Below are positions 12,385-25,000 of a stretch of 64,000 nucleotides of DNA, piece by piece; the stretch's first letter is position 1, and every line of letters starts with the position of its first letter. This DNA comes from Takakia lepidozioides (Eukaryota; Plantae; Bryophyta): assembly GCA_030704615.1 (NCBI GenBank), contig CM060732.1, positions 16,058,001 through 16,122,000 on the forward strand, in the 5' to 3' direction. Under the pieces are notes generated by a model that saw only the letters and a list, made by a program, of their open reading frames with translations, was not told the DNA's origin and did not search any database. The position numbers and the translations under genes were made by a program.

Positions 12385-14085
12385 ATGGCTCCGAATTCCT
12401 ACGCTATAGTTTGCTGTCCTCCGCAACTTGGGAGAGCCTGGATCCCAAACGAGGGAGGACTTTGCAGAGTGACTGAAACTTACCTTTGTTCCAAATTCAA
12501 ACTCAAACCGGGCACAATTTATTTGGAAGACGAAAGGAAGGATGTTCCTGGACAGGTTGACGAGACCAGTGTCGTGCTAGGTAATGACGGAGGTTGCGGA
12601 ATCGAATGGCACGTACCCCCATCAGACACCATCATGTACCGAGCTGTGGGAATGCCCATTCACTTTCCGAATCAGTCGCTGCCCACACCATCCACAAAGG
12701 AGTCCGGAAACCGACAGGCGGCCACTGCCAACAGAGAGGTATGCAACGATAATCATTCCCGACCTGGACCGTCAAGACCCTCCATAGCTTCTCGTGTGGA
12801 CATATTCGACATTTCCGACGAGGAAGATGAGTGCATTGAGGTCCCCATGTCCTCCACACGGTCGTTCAAATCCGACATGGACGTCTCTGCAGGTACTACG
12901 CATGTACCCTCGAGCATAACTCCAACCCGGTCCATTGTGCAGCTCCTACGGCAACATCACCTCGATGGTTCTCGCTCCGAGCTGGCTGCTCTTGACTATG
13001 CCAAATTTCCTGTCAGTATCTGCCTCCCGAAGTTGATGGCAATGTCATCTTCGAGTTTCCACCTATTACTTCGTCAAACAAAGCCTCAGGGATGTTAACA
13101 GACATGGATCGAAAGCATGACGGACACCCCTGGTGTGTGACGAAGACCAGTAGCACGAAAATTGCTGATGGTGTTCGTGTACGATACGTCCTCTGTGCGG
13201 GGAAGCTGAGGTGCCTCAATCCCGCCTGCTTCCACTTTCTCTCCAAAGGAGGGCGGAGAAACGAGACGGATTGGACTGGCACAACGCCTCATCCATCCAT
13301 TGTCTCCAGCCAAGCTCCTTCGGGTACTTTCAAGTGCGCACATTGCAAAGAACCACCGACGTGCATGTCCATGTGCAGAGCCAAGCAATATTACGTTATC
13401 CATTTACTCCCGGACTTGACTTGAGCTTGCATACACGTTGGGGTCCACTGCCACCCCTTGGCGAGAGGCAACATGCGTGAGGCTGTGCAGGAAGCACACG
13501 ACATCATAAAGAGGAGGTGAAATTGAGCCCCGGAGCCAGACCAAAGCAGATTCAGCTGAAGGCAGCCCACAAGATTGCTCTTGGCAAAATCATGTCTGAA
13601 GATGGTTCAGACCGGGTGCCCTTGAACAAAGAGGAGATGCTTGACCTGTTGGAGTCCGTCTCGCACGTTTGTAGTCCGAATGTGCGGAATCACATTGTAT
13701 CTTGCAAGCAGGAGTTTGGCCGGGGGTCGGACATGCACTCAATCCTGGAGGTGAAACGAATGACTGGATATGACTACATCCAAGGTAGCAGATTTCCAGG
13801 GTAAGGCAGCGAATCCGATCATTGTTACATTTTTAAAATGTCGACGTGTGGGCCTGAGAGTGGAGTCGACTTGGTCACTCGCATGACAACTGGAAACTTG
13901 TCGAATGCTTGGGTGATGTTTGATCACATCAAGCGAATTACAAACCATAAGTGGGTGACTATGGGTGCGCATGTTTATGACTATCACTCCAAGAGGCTCA
14001 TGACGATTGCAATCTGTGAGATGAAAGGGGAGGAAACACAGTCGGAGATGCATCTGTGGGAGGGCATAAACGAGCAGATGGCAAG
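12385..14085 (+). pseudogene. Element B MULE transposase, 5' part
   Basis: MDRKHDGHPWC...C.G.L.C.N..C...C..C (homologous to A), WVMFDHIKR, MTIAICEMKGEE. Frameshifts near 13015 and 13510, stops at 13422 and 13802; ends at the TSD. Confidence 0.9.
14077..14085 (+). repeat. 9-bp target-site duplication, left copy (GATGGCAAG)
   Basis: Identical to 26684-26692; the flanking bases differ on both sides. Confidence 0.95.
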
Positions 14086-14190
14086 CAGCGTAGCTACGGC
14101 GTGAGCCCAGCCCCGTGAGCCTGGGAGCTGAGCTCACGTTCAAGCTTTGAAGCGTGAGCTGAGCTCACGCTTCAGGGAAGCGTGAGCGGC
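14086..14190. repeat. Left terminus of A: degenerate TIR with clustered CGTGAGC/GCTCACG motifs
   Basis: CAGCGTAGCTACGGCGTGAGCC aligns with the right-end reverse complement GGGGGGTGCTATTCCGTGAGCC (GCTA and CGTGAGCC in register). Confidence 0.8.
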
Positions 14191-14504
14191 ATGAATCTGC
14201 TGGAGAAGCAGGTCCTATAGGCGAGGATTGCAGGAAGAGGGCCTATTACCGTGGACAAAACAAAGGAGGCCACCATGCACCATGTCTGCAATGCGTGCCA
14301 AAAAAGAGGAATATGTAAACATGTCAGATTTGAGCTCAGAATGATTGACACAGTTTATTTCAATTCACAGAGAGACGCTTACAATGAATCGCAAGTGCAT
14401 TTGCCCTCACAAGTGAACGAAATGTATATGTTTGTCATAAAATGAAAAGTCTTCACACGGCAACCTGGAAACCAGCATGGGAAGCGGGCATGGCTCGTAT
14501 GTGT

Positions 14505-17500
14505 TCAAAGAGAAGTTGGCGGAGCTCTACGCGAGGTGTCCCGCTGCAGAAGGGTGATGACTTCTCCGTAGCCTAGTGTGGCTTGGTGAATGAATTGGTC
14601 TCTCTTACCGTCGCAACACATAATTACAAGGTATATGTAATATTGATGCTTGCAGGGGACCCACTTCCCTCTCATGCCGAGAGCGCCCTCACGCATCGTT
14701 ACAAAATCCGGACAAGTGCACGATGGGAAATTCCCAATGGTAACTTGATATTCTTTGGCATGAAGAACTGAGCCAATTGACAGCACTGTGTAAATCCGTC
14801 CATACCCCGGGGAAGGGACTTCGGTGATACGAGCCACCGTAGCCTGCAAAATTCTAGCCGATTCCATCTTGCATTCGTGATCTGCACCCGAAGCAACACG
14901 GCGCACTGTTTTTCCATCTCTTTTTGTTGGGTGGGAGTTGGCACCGGGTGGAGGCATTGTCGGAGCATGTGGCACATCTGTGCCGACAGTGCATAAGGGC
15001 ACCACCCGGGACCGTGCAAGACAAAACCCTCCCTCCTCCAGCATGCTTATCTCGGTTGAGGACAGCGATGTCCCAATTTGCACAGGCCAAATTGCGGGGG
15101 GAGGGGGCTTCATTATCACGGAAGGACGAACTGTTCCCTTCACGCATCGTGCCATATCGTCTGGGCAGAACCAAAACTTGTGCTCTTTTGACTCCCCACT
15201 ATGATAAGGTCGGAACAACCCTGTGAATGTTGGAGCTGGAGTCCCCCTGGAGCCTTTGCATATTTTTGATTTGCATTTCTTGAAAGAGGGGGTCCGAATT
15301 GCCATGCAAGCCACTCTAGATCCTGGTGGGGTGCGTTCTATATGCCAGTCACTATCAATGCAATCAGATTCCTGCACCATGGCCACCACCTCCTCCAATG
15401 GGATTTCCGCTGCTATGCTTGCATGTTCCGCACCTGCTCCACAGGAGGAGGACCCACCTGGGAAGGGGCCGGCACAGGACTTAGTCTGCACTGGAGACAC
15501 CTTTGGCACAGAGAAATTGACCCTGTCTGGCCTATGGGAATCTCCATCTGACCCTGGAAGAGTGTTTAATTTCCTTTTGCATGATCCAAATCTTTCCTCG
15601 CCTTCCAAATGGGGGAGCCTGGATTGCAGAGGGGAACCTTCAGTGCACCTGTTTAGAGCTCTGGCCATCTTTGACGGGTCTCCGGACCTACTCGCAGCCC
15701 TTAGCATCAACAAAGTCGAATCGGGGCCCTTCCCTCCACCCCGTCCCATCAGAAAATTGCGGTACCTGGTTTGTTGTGTAAGTGCCCGCACCATGTCATC
15801 AGCAGTGGCCACATACAAGTCACGACCTGCTTTGGTAGACTGTTGCATCCAGGCGTTGTGAACAGTCTCTGCCAAATTACACGATGGCATGTCGGCCAAG
15901 TCCTCCAAGGACATGTCCTGCAGGAGGCATTGCATGGAAATGTGAGGAAGGAAAAGAAATGGTAGAGGTTATTCAAGTGACAATCGAACAACCCCAAATG
16001 AACAGGCACGATGCAAAGTGCAATTTGTGTTTAAGGAAAACTTGTGAGGCTTACCGTCGTCATGAAAGCTCCCCACTGTCTGTACCTGAAGTGCCAGAAA
16101 ACCAACCAGTCCTCCAACTCCTTCAGGTGGATACCTGTAGCAGCACCAGCGGAGAACCACCAAGCCCGGATTGCCTGGTAAGTGCTCTCTGCTTCTCCCA
16201 TTGAGGTGGCATTCTTGTACTTCAGACAGAGCCTTCTATGCTCCAACTGAAGGTCAGGGCGAATGCAGCGCTTTGTATGACGTGCCAGAGATTGACTCCA
16301 ATGGAAGAGGCATGTGCGCTCCCTATTTTCCATGGGGACCTTAGGATCCCCAGAACCAAACACGCGCCGCACTGCATTGAAATTTGCCTGTGCACTATCA
16401 GCCATGAAGCCCGCAAAGTTTGTGTTCTGTATTCCATTGCGCTGCATGACGGTCAGGAGGGACTTCCACATGAGCATCTGGGATTCAGTGTCCTCCGACT
16501 GCATATCACAAATTGCTATGGAGAGCACACGCTGGTACGCTGGATCATACACATGGCACGCCATGGTTGTCCAACCCTTCACCCGTTTGCAGTGATCAAA
16601 CATTAACCAACATTTAGCCAAATCTCCTCCAGGTTGCATTCGGCGGACAATGCTCACACCACTGCCTTGGCCCACAGCGGACATCTTGAACAAATACACT
16701 TTGGACGAGCCCTGGCCAGGGAACATACTGTTTTGAATGAATTCATAGCGACTCCTCCGTTTGAGGTCCATAATGTTGTCCATGAATCCAGCAGTGCCTG
16801 TGCCCATTCTGAGTGCATTCACCTGGTTTCGAATATTGGGAGAGCTCAACACGGAGAAATGGTCCATGACTGCCTCAAGGGAATCTGCATCCAGCATTGG
16901 CTGTGTCGAATCCCCTTCACCCAGTATGTGTTTTTCCAGGAATGCCTTGCTAGCTGCAAGCGCTATAGCAGAAGGTGTTGCAGAAGGGGCATTATGGAAC
17001 TCTTGCTTCAGTAGATTTCTAGCGATGTCCACGCTATCCCTGCAACTCCCTTTGGACACAGGATGCTCGTGTGCACCCATATGAATGCAGGCACGAGTCA
17101 TTGTCTTGCATCGATGTGCCACCTGATACATACGAGCGTGGCAAACAGAAACACAGGACGGGGAAAGTTTGCAGAACCTGCACACAAAAGTATTGGTATT
17201 GGGAGGTGCAAGCCCTGGGGTGAAAGGATTCAGGGGCACACCTTCCCACTCACTTTCGTTTGGCTGAGCGCTGTTTCTCAGCCGAGGGCAAGAAATATTC
17301 AGGCACTTGCAATGCCCAACGCAAACCGACCTCCGAAATTTCAAGCCAATGTCGTTATGGATGTTCGAAGTTTTTGTCCTGCACCAAGGATGTCCGTCAT
17401 GTTTCTTGTCCATGCCCTGCAGAAGCCCAGCCAGTCCACTGGAAGACGTGGGAGGGTTGAGCTCAAACAAGATGTCCCCATCAAACTGAGCTGGCACGTA

Positions 17501-18076
17501 TTGAACACGTTGCACTGGAAGGGACTCCCAATCAACAAAACGTAGCTCGCTCTTGCACCCAGGCACACCTGCGAGGGCTTTCAATTTTGGAATGACACTT
17601 GTTATCTCGCGCAATTCGTCATCATCCAATAAGGGAGTTTGCACTGGCGGAGGAATCTCAGAAACATCCTCCGAGGACGAGTCCGAAAGAGTAACGAAGG
17701 TAGTGGATGTGCTCACCTCTTGTTTCACAGGAACTGTGCCCTTCTGTTGCACGACCGATGCTGCAGTGCCAGGGGTAACGACTGATCCTGCTGATTGTCT
17801 TCTCTCTTTTCCAAGGACACGGTATGTTCCTGGAAGGACTCTCCACTTCCTTCCACACTCGCCAACCAAGGGTTTCTCCAAGTGCCCAGAATCCAAATTC
17901 CCATCCTCGTCATACACCTCTTTCTGAACAAGCAGAGAACCCAACTCCAGCGGGAACACTGTAACCAGCTCATCCTCATGAACAACTGCATACCCATCGT
18001 CGTCTGCAGTGGCAGTCAGTGGAAGAGTACCTGCATTGGAATGGAATCGAGCGAGTGCATCTCGCTCCCTCGACAT
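14505..18076 (-). CDS. MULE transposase with GCM-like Zn domain, DDE core and C-terminal SWIM finger (about 1144 aa; exons 18076-16055 and 15917-14505)
   Basis: WLMFDHCKR; FMADSAQANFNAVRRVFG; ERTCLFHWSQSL (MULE CxxH); CNLAETVHN (catalytic E); CTCPDF...CKH (SWIM). A phase-0 GT-AG intron joins two open frames. The start codon is inferred. Confidence 0.9.
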
Positions 18077-19018
18077 GTTTTCCAGCACTGAACGAAACTG
18101 CCGATGCAGAACGGAATCCCCGAACTGAGAGCCCGTAATTATCGAAAGTGGAAATACCACCAGCAAACTGAGGTCAACAAGGGTAGCACCAAACCCAAGG
18201 CTGCCGGCGATGCATGCCAAGGATGTAGGGATGACGTGCACATTCACCTCCCACCAACCAGAAAAACGGTTTTGAAAGACCAGAGCCACAAGAAGCCGTA
18301 CTGTTTTTGGATGGAAAACAAACCCTGAAATTGACATGAAACCATCCATTATGAAATGACGGCAACAACCCTGGAGAGCAGTAAACAGGAAGATCCGATT
18401 GTAATGAGATTGTGTTGCGCCAGAATAGCACAGAACAAACACCGACACTTCAAGAGATACCTCGCACGAATGTGTGCAACACATGGTCATATCCGACACA
18501 ATCCTTTATACCGAATGACCCCATGGGGACGGTCACGGCATAAAAAAAACCACAGGGCATGCAGCACAACACACGTGGATGCATATGTGAAGCATAACAA
18601 TTATTGCGAATCTGGAAGAACTGCTCGGAATTGAAAAAGCACTACATTTCTACGGCGCATTCGAATTTGAAAGAAGGCAAGGAGGCCGCCATGTATTGGC
18701 AGGCGGCGAAGCACATCTGACATATATCGCAAATGCATGCAACGGATATTCTTTTTCTTCGGCGCTTTATTAGCTGGGTAATACAAAGACGACAAAATGG
18801 ATGAATTCCGTTCGCACACAATATCAACACCCGCATCCAAATACGGTTGACAACGTCCATTTTTATTTTTGTTACATGCGATACCAGAACTTGTTGCAAA
18901 CGTCAAACTGGAGAGCTCCAGGGGCATCGTGGGGAGCCCTTGTTTCCAGCGGAGGAGAAAGAGAAGGAAGTCATTATACTTCACGAGTTCTAGAAACAGG
19001 AATAGAGCTAGATATAGA

Positions 19019-22000
19019 ATGAGGATGGAAAGAGTGGAGGAAGAGGAAAAGGAGGAAGAAGAGGGAATACAGGAAAGTGTGGCGATGGAGGAGCAGGAAT
19101 CTGGAGAAGAACAACAACCCACCATAGTTCCAGGAACAGGCGAGGAGGACACTGCGTCTGAGGGAGAGACAGACGACATGGAGGAAGATGTTGACACTGG
19201 CCTCACGAACGATCTGACCACGGGAAAGAGGAAGGGGGAGAGGCTCACCTACATAGTCGGCGAAGAGAGCAGCCCCAAGCGGAAAGCGTCCCCGGCAACT
19301 GGGGAGTCTTCTCGAGTAGCTACGAAAAAGGTAAAATCCACACGACCCATATTTGTGAAGAATTCGGCTTTGAATGGCAGGTATTTGTGAAAGAAAGAAC
19401 CATTGGTCTTGCAAAATTTGGTCTTGATGTCTGTTATGTGAGGGTGAAACGAACCCTTCACTGCCAGCCCAGACAGTGTGCGGCAACGCACACTGTTTGA
19501 GCTGAGCATTTCAATGTTTCTGGGTGCAAAATTTGGACTTCATGGGCACCTGTGTGAGTGTGAAAAGAACCCTTCACTGCCAGCCCAGACAGTGTGCGGC
19601 AACGCACACTGTTTGAGCTGAGCATTTCAATGTTTATGGGTGCAAAATTTGGACTTCAGGGGCACCTGTGTGAGTGTGAAATGAACCCTTCACTGCCAGC
19701 TCAGACAGTGTGCGGCAACGCACACTGTTTGAGCTGGGCATTTCGGTGTTTCTGGGTGCAAAATTTGGTCTTTGCTGTCTGTTATCTGAGGTTGAAATGA
19801 ACCCTTCAAAACCAGCTCAAACAGCGTGCGGCAACGCACAATGTTTGAGCAGACCTTTTCAATGTTTTAGGGTTCAAAATTTGGTCTTGATGTCTGTTAT
19901 GTTAGTGTGAACCCTTCACTGCCAGCTCAGACAGTGTGCGGCAACGCACACTGTTTGAGCTGAGCATTTCAATGTTTCTGGATGCAAAATTTGGACTTCA
20001 GGGGCACCTGTGTGAGTGTGAAAAGAACCCTTCACTGCCAGCTCATACAGTGTGCGGCAACGCACACTGTTTGAGCTGAGCATTTCAATGTTTCTGGTGA
20101 AATATTTGGACTTCAGGGGCACCTGTGTGAGTGTGAAAAGAACCCTTCACTGCCAGCTCAGACAGTGTGCGGCAACGCACACTGTTTGAGCTGAGCATTT
20201 CAATGTTTCTGGGTGAAATATTTGGACTTCAGGGGCACCTGTGTGAGTGTGAAAAGAACCCTTCACTGCCAGCTCAGACAGTGTGCGGCAACGCACACTG
20301 TTTGAGCTGAGCATTTCAATGTTTCTGGGTGAAATATTTGGACTTCAGGGGCACCTGTGTGAGTGTGAAAAGAACCCTTCACTGCCAGCCCAGACAGTGT
20401 GCGGCAACGCACACTGTTTGAGCTGAGCATTTCAATGTTTCTGGGTGCAAAATTTGGACTTCAGGGCACCTGTGTGAGTGTGAAATGAACCCTTCACTGC
20501 CAGCTCAGACAGTGTGCGGCAACGCACACTGTTTGAGCTGAGCATTTCAATGTTTCTGGATGCAAAATTTGGACTTCAGGGGCACCTGTGTGAGTGTGAA
20601 AAGAACCCTTCACTGCCAGCTCATACAGTGTGCGGCAACGCACACTGTTTGAGCTGAGCATTTCAATGTTTCTGGGTGAAATATTTGGACTTCAGGGGCA
20701 CCTGTGTGAGTGTGAAAAGAACCCTTCACTGCCAGCTCAGACAGTGTGCGGCAACGCACACTGTTTGAGCTGAGCATTTCAATGTTTCTGGGTGAAATAT
20801 TTGGACTTCAGGGGCACCTGTGTGAGTGTGAAATGAACCCTTCACTGCCAGCTCAGACAGTGTGCGGCAACGCACACTGTTTGAGCTGAGCATTTCAATG
20901 TTTCTGGATGCAAAAATTGGACTTCAGGGGCACCTGTGTGAGTGTGAAATGAACCCTTCACTGCCAGCTCAGACAGTGTGCGGCAACGCACACTGTTTGA
21001 GCTGAGCATTTCAATGTTTCTGGGTGCAAAATTTGGACTTCATGGGCACCCGTGTGATGGTGAAATGAACCCTTCACTGCCAGCTCAGACAGTGTGCGGC
21101 AACGCACACTGTTTGAGCTGAGCATTTCAATGTTTCTGGGTGAAATATTTGGACTTCAGGGGCACCTGTGTGAGTGTGAAAAGAACCCTTCACTGCCAGC
21201 TCAGACAGTGTGCGGCAACGCACACTGTTTGAGCTGAGCATTTCAATGTTTCTGGGTGAAATATTTGGACTTCAGGGGCACCTGTGTGAGTGTGAAAAGA
21301 ACCCTTCACTGCCAGCCCAGACAGTGTGCGGCAACGCACACTGTTTGAGCTGAGCATTTCAATGTTTCTGGGTGCAAAATTTGGACTTCAGGGGCACCTG
21401 TGTGAGTGTGAAATGAACCCTTCACTGCCAGCTCAGACAGTGTGCGGCAACGCACACTGTTTGAGCTGAGCATTTCAATGTTTCTGGGTGAAATATTTGG
21501 ACTTCAGGGGCACCTGTGTGAGTGTGAAATGAACCCTTCACTGCCAGCTCAGACAGTGTGCGGCAACGCACACTGTTTGAGCTGAGCATTTCAATGTTTC
21601 TGGGTGCAAAATTTGGACTTCATGGGCACCCGTGTGAGGGTGAAATGAACCCTTCACTGCCAGCCCAGACAGTGTGCGGCAACGCACACTGTTTGAGCTG
21701 AGCATTTCAATGTTTCTGGGTGCAAAATTTGGACTTCATGGGCACCCGTGTGAGGGTGAAATGAACCCTTCACTGCCAGCCCAGACAGTGTGCGGCAACG
21801 CACACTGTTTGAGCTGAGCATTTCAATGTTTCTGGGTGCAAAATTTGGACTTCATGGGCACATTTTTGAGTATAAAATGAACCCTTCACTGTCAGCTCAA
21901 ACAGTCTGCGGAACCGCACACTGTGTAGGCAGAACATATGAATATGGAAGGGCGCAACTTTCGGCCCTCATGGGCAGATATTTGAGCAGAACTTTTCAAT

Positions 22001-25000
22001 GTTCTTTCCCTGTGTAAATCGGGAACATAGTGCATGTCCGTGAGGATCAATGAACACTTATCTGGCAGCTCAAAGAACACTTCCCTTTTTATCCCACTTT
22101 TTCATGCATCGGTCGACGTTTCATTCCTCTCTTATAAGAATTTGAGTGAACAACCTTGCAGGGGAAAATGCAAAGTGTGGCGGATGAGGTCCCTCAGGGT
22201 CAGGGGAAGGAGACCAAAGATGATGTTGACGATGAGTTTTATGAAAGCAAAGCCGCTGAGATGCTGGGGGGTCAAAAGGTGAACTCTCAGCTTGTGGTTC
22301 AAAGTATGCTTGCTCCTGGTGGGAGGTTGAAGATTCCCCTGTGTAGGTTGGTTTCCATGCCCGTCGTTCGTCCACCCCTTGTCAAAGACATTCTCAAGCT
22401 GGAGGCCGAGTTTGTTCATGGGTATTTGGATGGATCCGCGGTCTTTTACGTTTCTACTAGGGATTCAAGAGGTAACGAGCTCCTTGTTGATGAGTCAATC
22501 GTCGACTCCTGGGACCCCATTTGGAGACAGGTGAACGAATCCTTCGAACTTCTTCTCTCCAGAAAACCTTCCACCCAGGTATTCTCGGGGAAGATGTTTC
22601 ACGTTTGGGATGGCAACCACCGGTTGCTTGCATGGATGGCTGTCATTGGGAGGCTGCACTCACAGGAGGAAGAGTGGCATTACTCTGTTCGATCGATGGT
22701 GCTTGATTGTGACGACAACATGATGGGTCTTCTGACGGCAATGAATGATGTGAACAGGTTGGTTTCTCATTGTACACGTTGCACTTCTGGTTCCGTTCTT
22801 CCTTGATTGAAGTCCTTGAATTACATTCTGAAATTCAGATATCATTCTGCAGAGGGACGGAGACATCGCATGTCAAAACGAGTCTGGTTCACACACTGTA
22901 TAGGATACAAAGGATCGGGCAGATGCCCTTGACCAACTTCAAGACCATCCTTTCGGCAGAGATGTATAAGAAATGCGAAAGCTCCAAGACTTCGGAAACA
23001 TGGTACTCGTTGACCCGTGAGGCTTTCATGGAGTACATGTACACGGTGAGATACATCTTCCTTCATCTGGCCTTTCCATATTCCTGCTTCCACATGTTTG
23101 TTTCTCTCTGTCTCCCTTGACCTTGGATTGATGCAACTCTCTTGCATTCCCTTGCAGCAAGACATTGCAGATGCAGGGGAGCGTGGCAAACTGGAATACT
23201 ACAGCTCTACCCCTGAGGAGAGAAGGACAGCAAAGGGAGTTGAAAGTCACATCCAGAAGGAGATGAACGCTACAAGAAGGACAATAATGAGTGCTTTTGT
23301 GAAGCAGTTGAGAATGGCCGACCCATCATTCGGGCCGCAGTTTCTGCTGGAGATAAAAAACCATTATAACAAGCCAGGCAAGCCGGAGATGGCCCAGGAG
23401 AAGTTGCACAGGTTGTCTACCGCCGTCGTGTCTTCTGAACAGAAGGTGAAGTGGCTGCAGATATGGAACTCCGATCCCACAGTTAGGGATACCCACATGT
23501 TCCCAAGGCCAGAGAAGGAGAAGAAGACCCAGCGTGTCGTTCCTGTCAGTGACAATGTGCTGGACAACTGGCTTCACAAGGCCACTTACTGGAGCCAGGT
23601 GTGATGTCCTCTCGTATCTCACTTTCTTTTCTCTTTTCCTGTCCTTCTCTTCCCATTGCCTCTTACATTCGCTGTGACTGTTTTTGGGTTCATTCTTCCA
23701 TTTCAATTTTTTTGCAGTTGGAAGAAAGGGCCCGATCGGTTCTGCATACTCAGCTGGCTGACTATGGCATCACTATGACAGCTCCGAAGGTCTCCTTCGA
23801 AGCATACATGAGGAAATGGAGAGCCACAGTGTGGCACTCTGGTTTCTTTAGAGAGTTCAGCAAGGAGGGTGGCATCAGTCGAACAAATGAGCTTGACCAG
23901 CAGGAAAAAGGAGAGGAAGCCTGGAAACGATGCCTTTACAGGTGCACACCCTTGCACTCTTTGCTTGTGTTGTGGTTGCAATGTGTTGTGTGGCATACTG
24001 TTTAAGGGGGTCTTCCTGGTGTGTTGAAAAAGCTGGGACACAATATGTGCATTGGATAATGAGGCTGTGTCTGTTCGTGCAGGTACATTAAGTTTGTTCT
24101 CCTGGAAGAGAATTGCTTGGACAAACATCCAGATTTCGTGGACCTTTGGCTTGTCCCTGCTGGCAACCAGACCATGTTCACTGCTGGGATCTTGCATGAC
24201 TGGGGTCCGGACCATCTTTCTTCTTGTGGTTGGTATTTGGATTGCCCTCCTTCAGAGACCCCAGCTGTAGAGTTGTCTTTGAGGAGAGAGAATGACCGTA
24301 TTGCAGCCACTGCCGCAGCAGCGGACCTCGACATTCATGAGCGTAATCTGAGGACTCTTGCAGAGAAGGAGCCTCCCGCTCAGGATACCCCGGGTAGAGG
24401 AAGAAAGGCAAAGGGAAAAGATGTTGCTGGTGTTGTGGGGACGGGAAGGGGTAGAGGGAAGGTGGCACAAGGGCAGGGAAGTGTTGCAGCTATTGGCCCT
24501 GTGGAGCATGTCCAGCAGACTCCACCGCATGGTAGGGGATCCGGGAGAAAAAACAAGGGTGTGGTTGATCCCAAGGACCCGTACCATGCAGTGGAACATC
24601 CCACGAGGGTCATTCGTCCAACCAGGTTGGAGATTGCCAACGTCGGGTTCCTTGCCATGATGGAGTCGAAGAAATCTGATTACAAGGGCGAGCCATCACC
24701 AGTGTGGGAGAGGATTGTCGAGTTCCTCAGCACGGTGCGTGTTCTCTTTGGGTTCTGTGGCTTCTGCTCTCTTTGTCTGCTGTGGGCATGGATCGTTTAT
24801 AAACTTGTCAGAATTCCATTGTATTTTTGTTTGCAGGCTAAAATGACCAAATCGTGGGTGAACGGGAAGGAGAAGCCATATGCAGCGGAACTCATCATCT
24901 TGGACATCCCTGATGGGTTGGCAGTCCCGGATATCCCACCATCGGGTGCTTGTCCGGGTTGGAATGCATTTGATGAGCGCTACTGGCGGTGGGTTTTTTC

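Noticed and set aside
14505-18076. Zisupton/KDZ assignment based on SWIM and large size
   Set aside because: The core shows MULE motifs (D...A..AV..VF, CxFH, N.AE.vH) and the TSD is 9 bp.
19381-19390. Splice donor at 19381 for exon 1
   Set aside because: Phase 2, incompatible with the phase-0 acceptor at 22162; the donor at 19331 fits.
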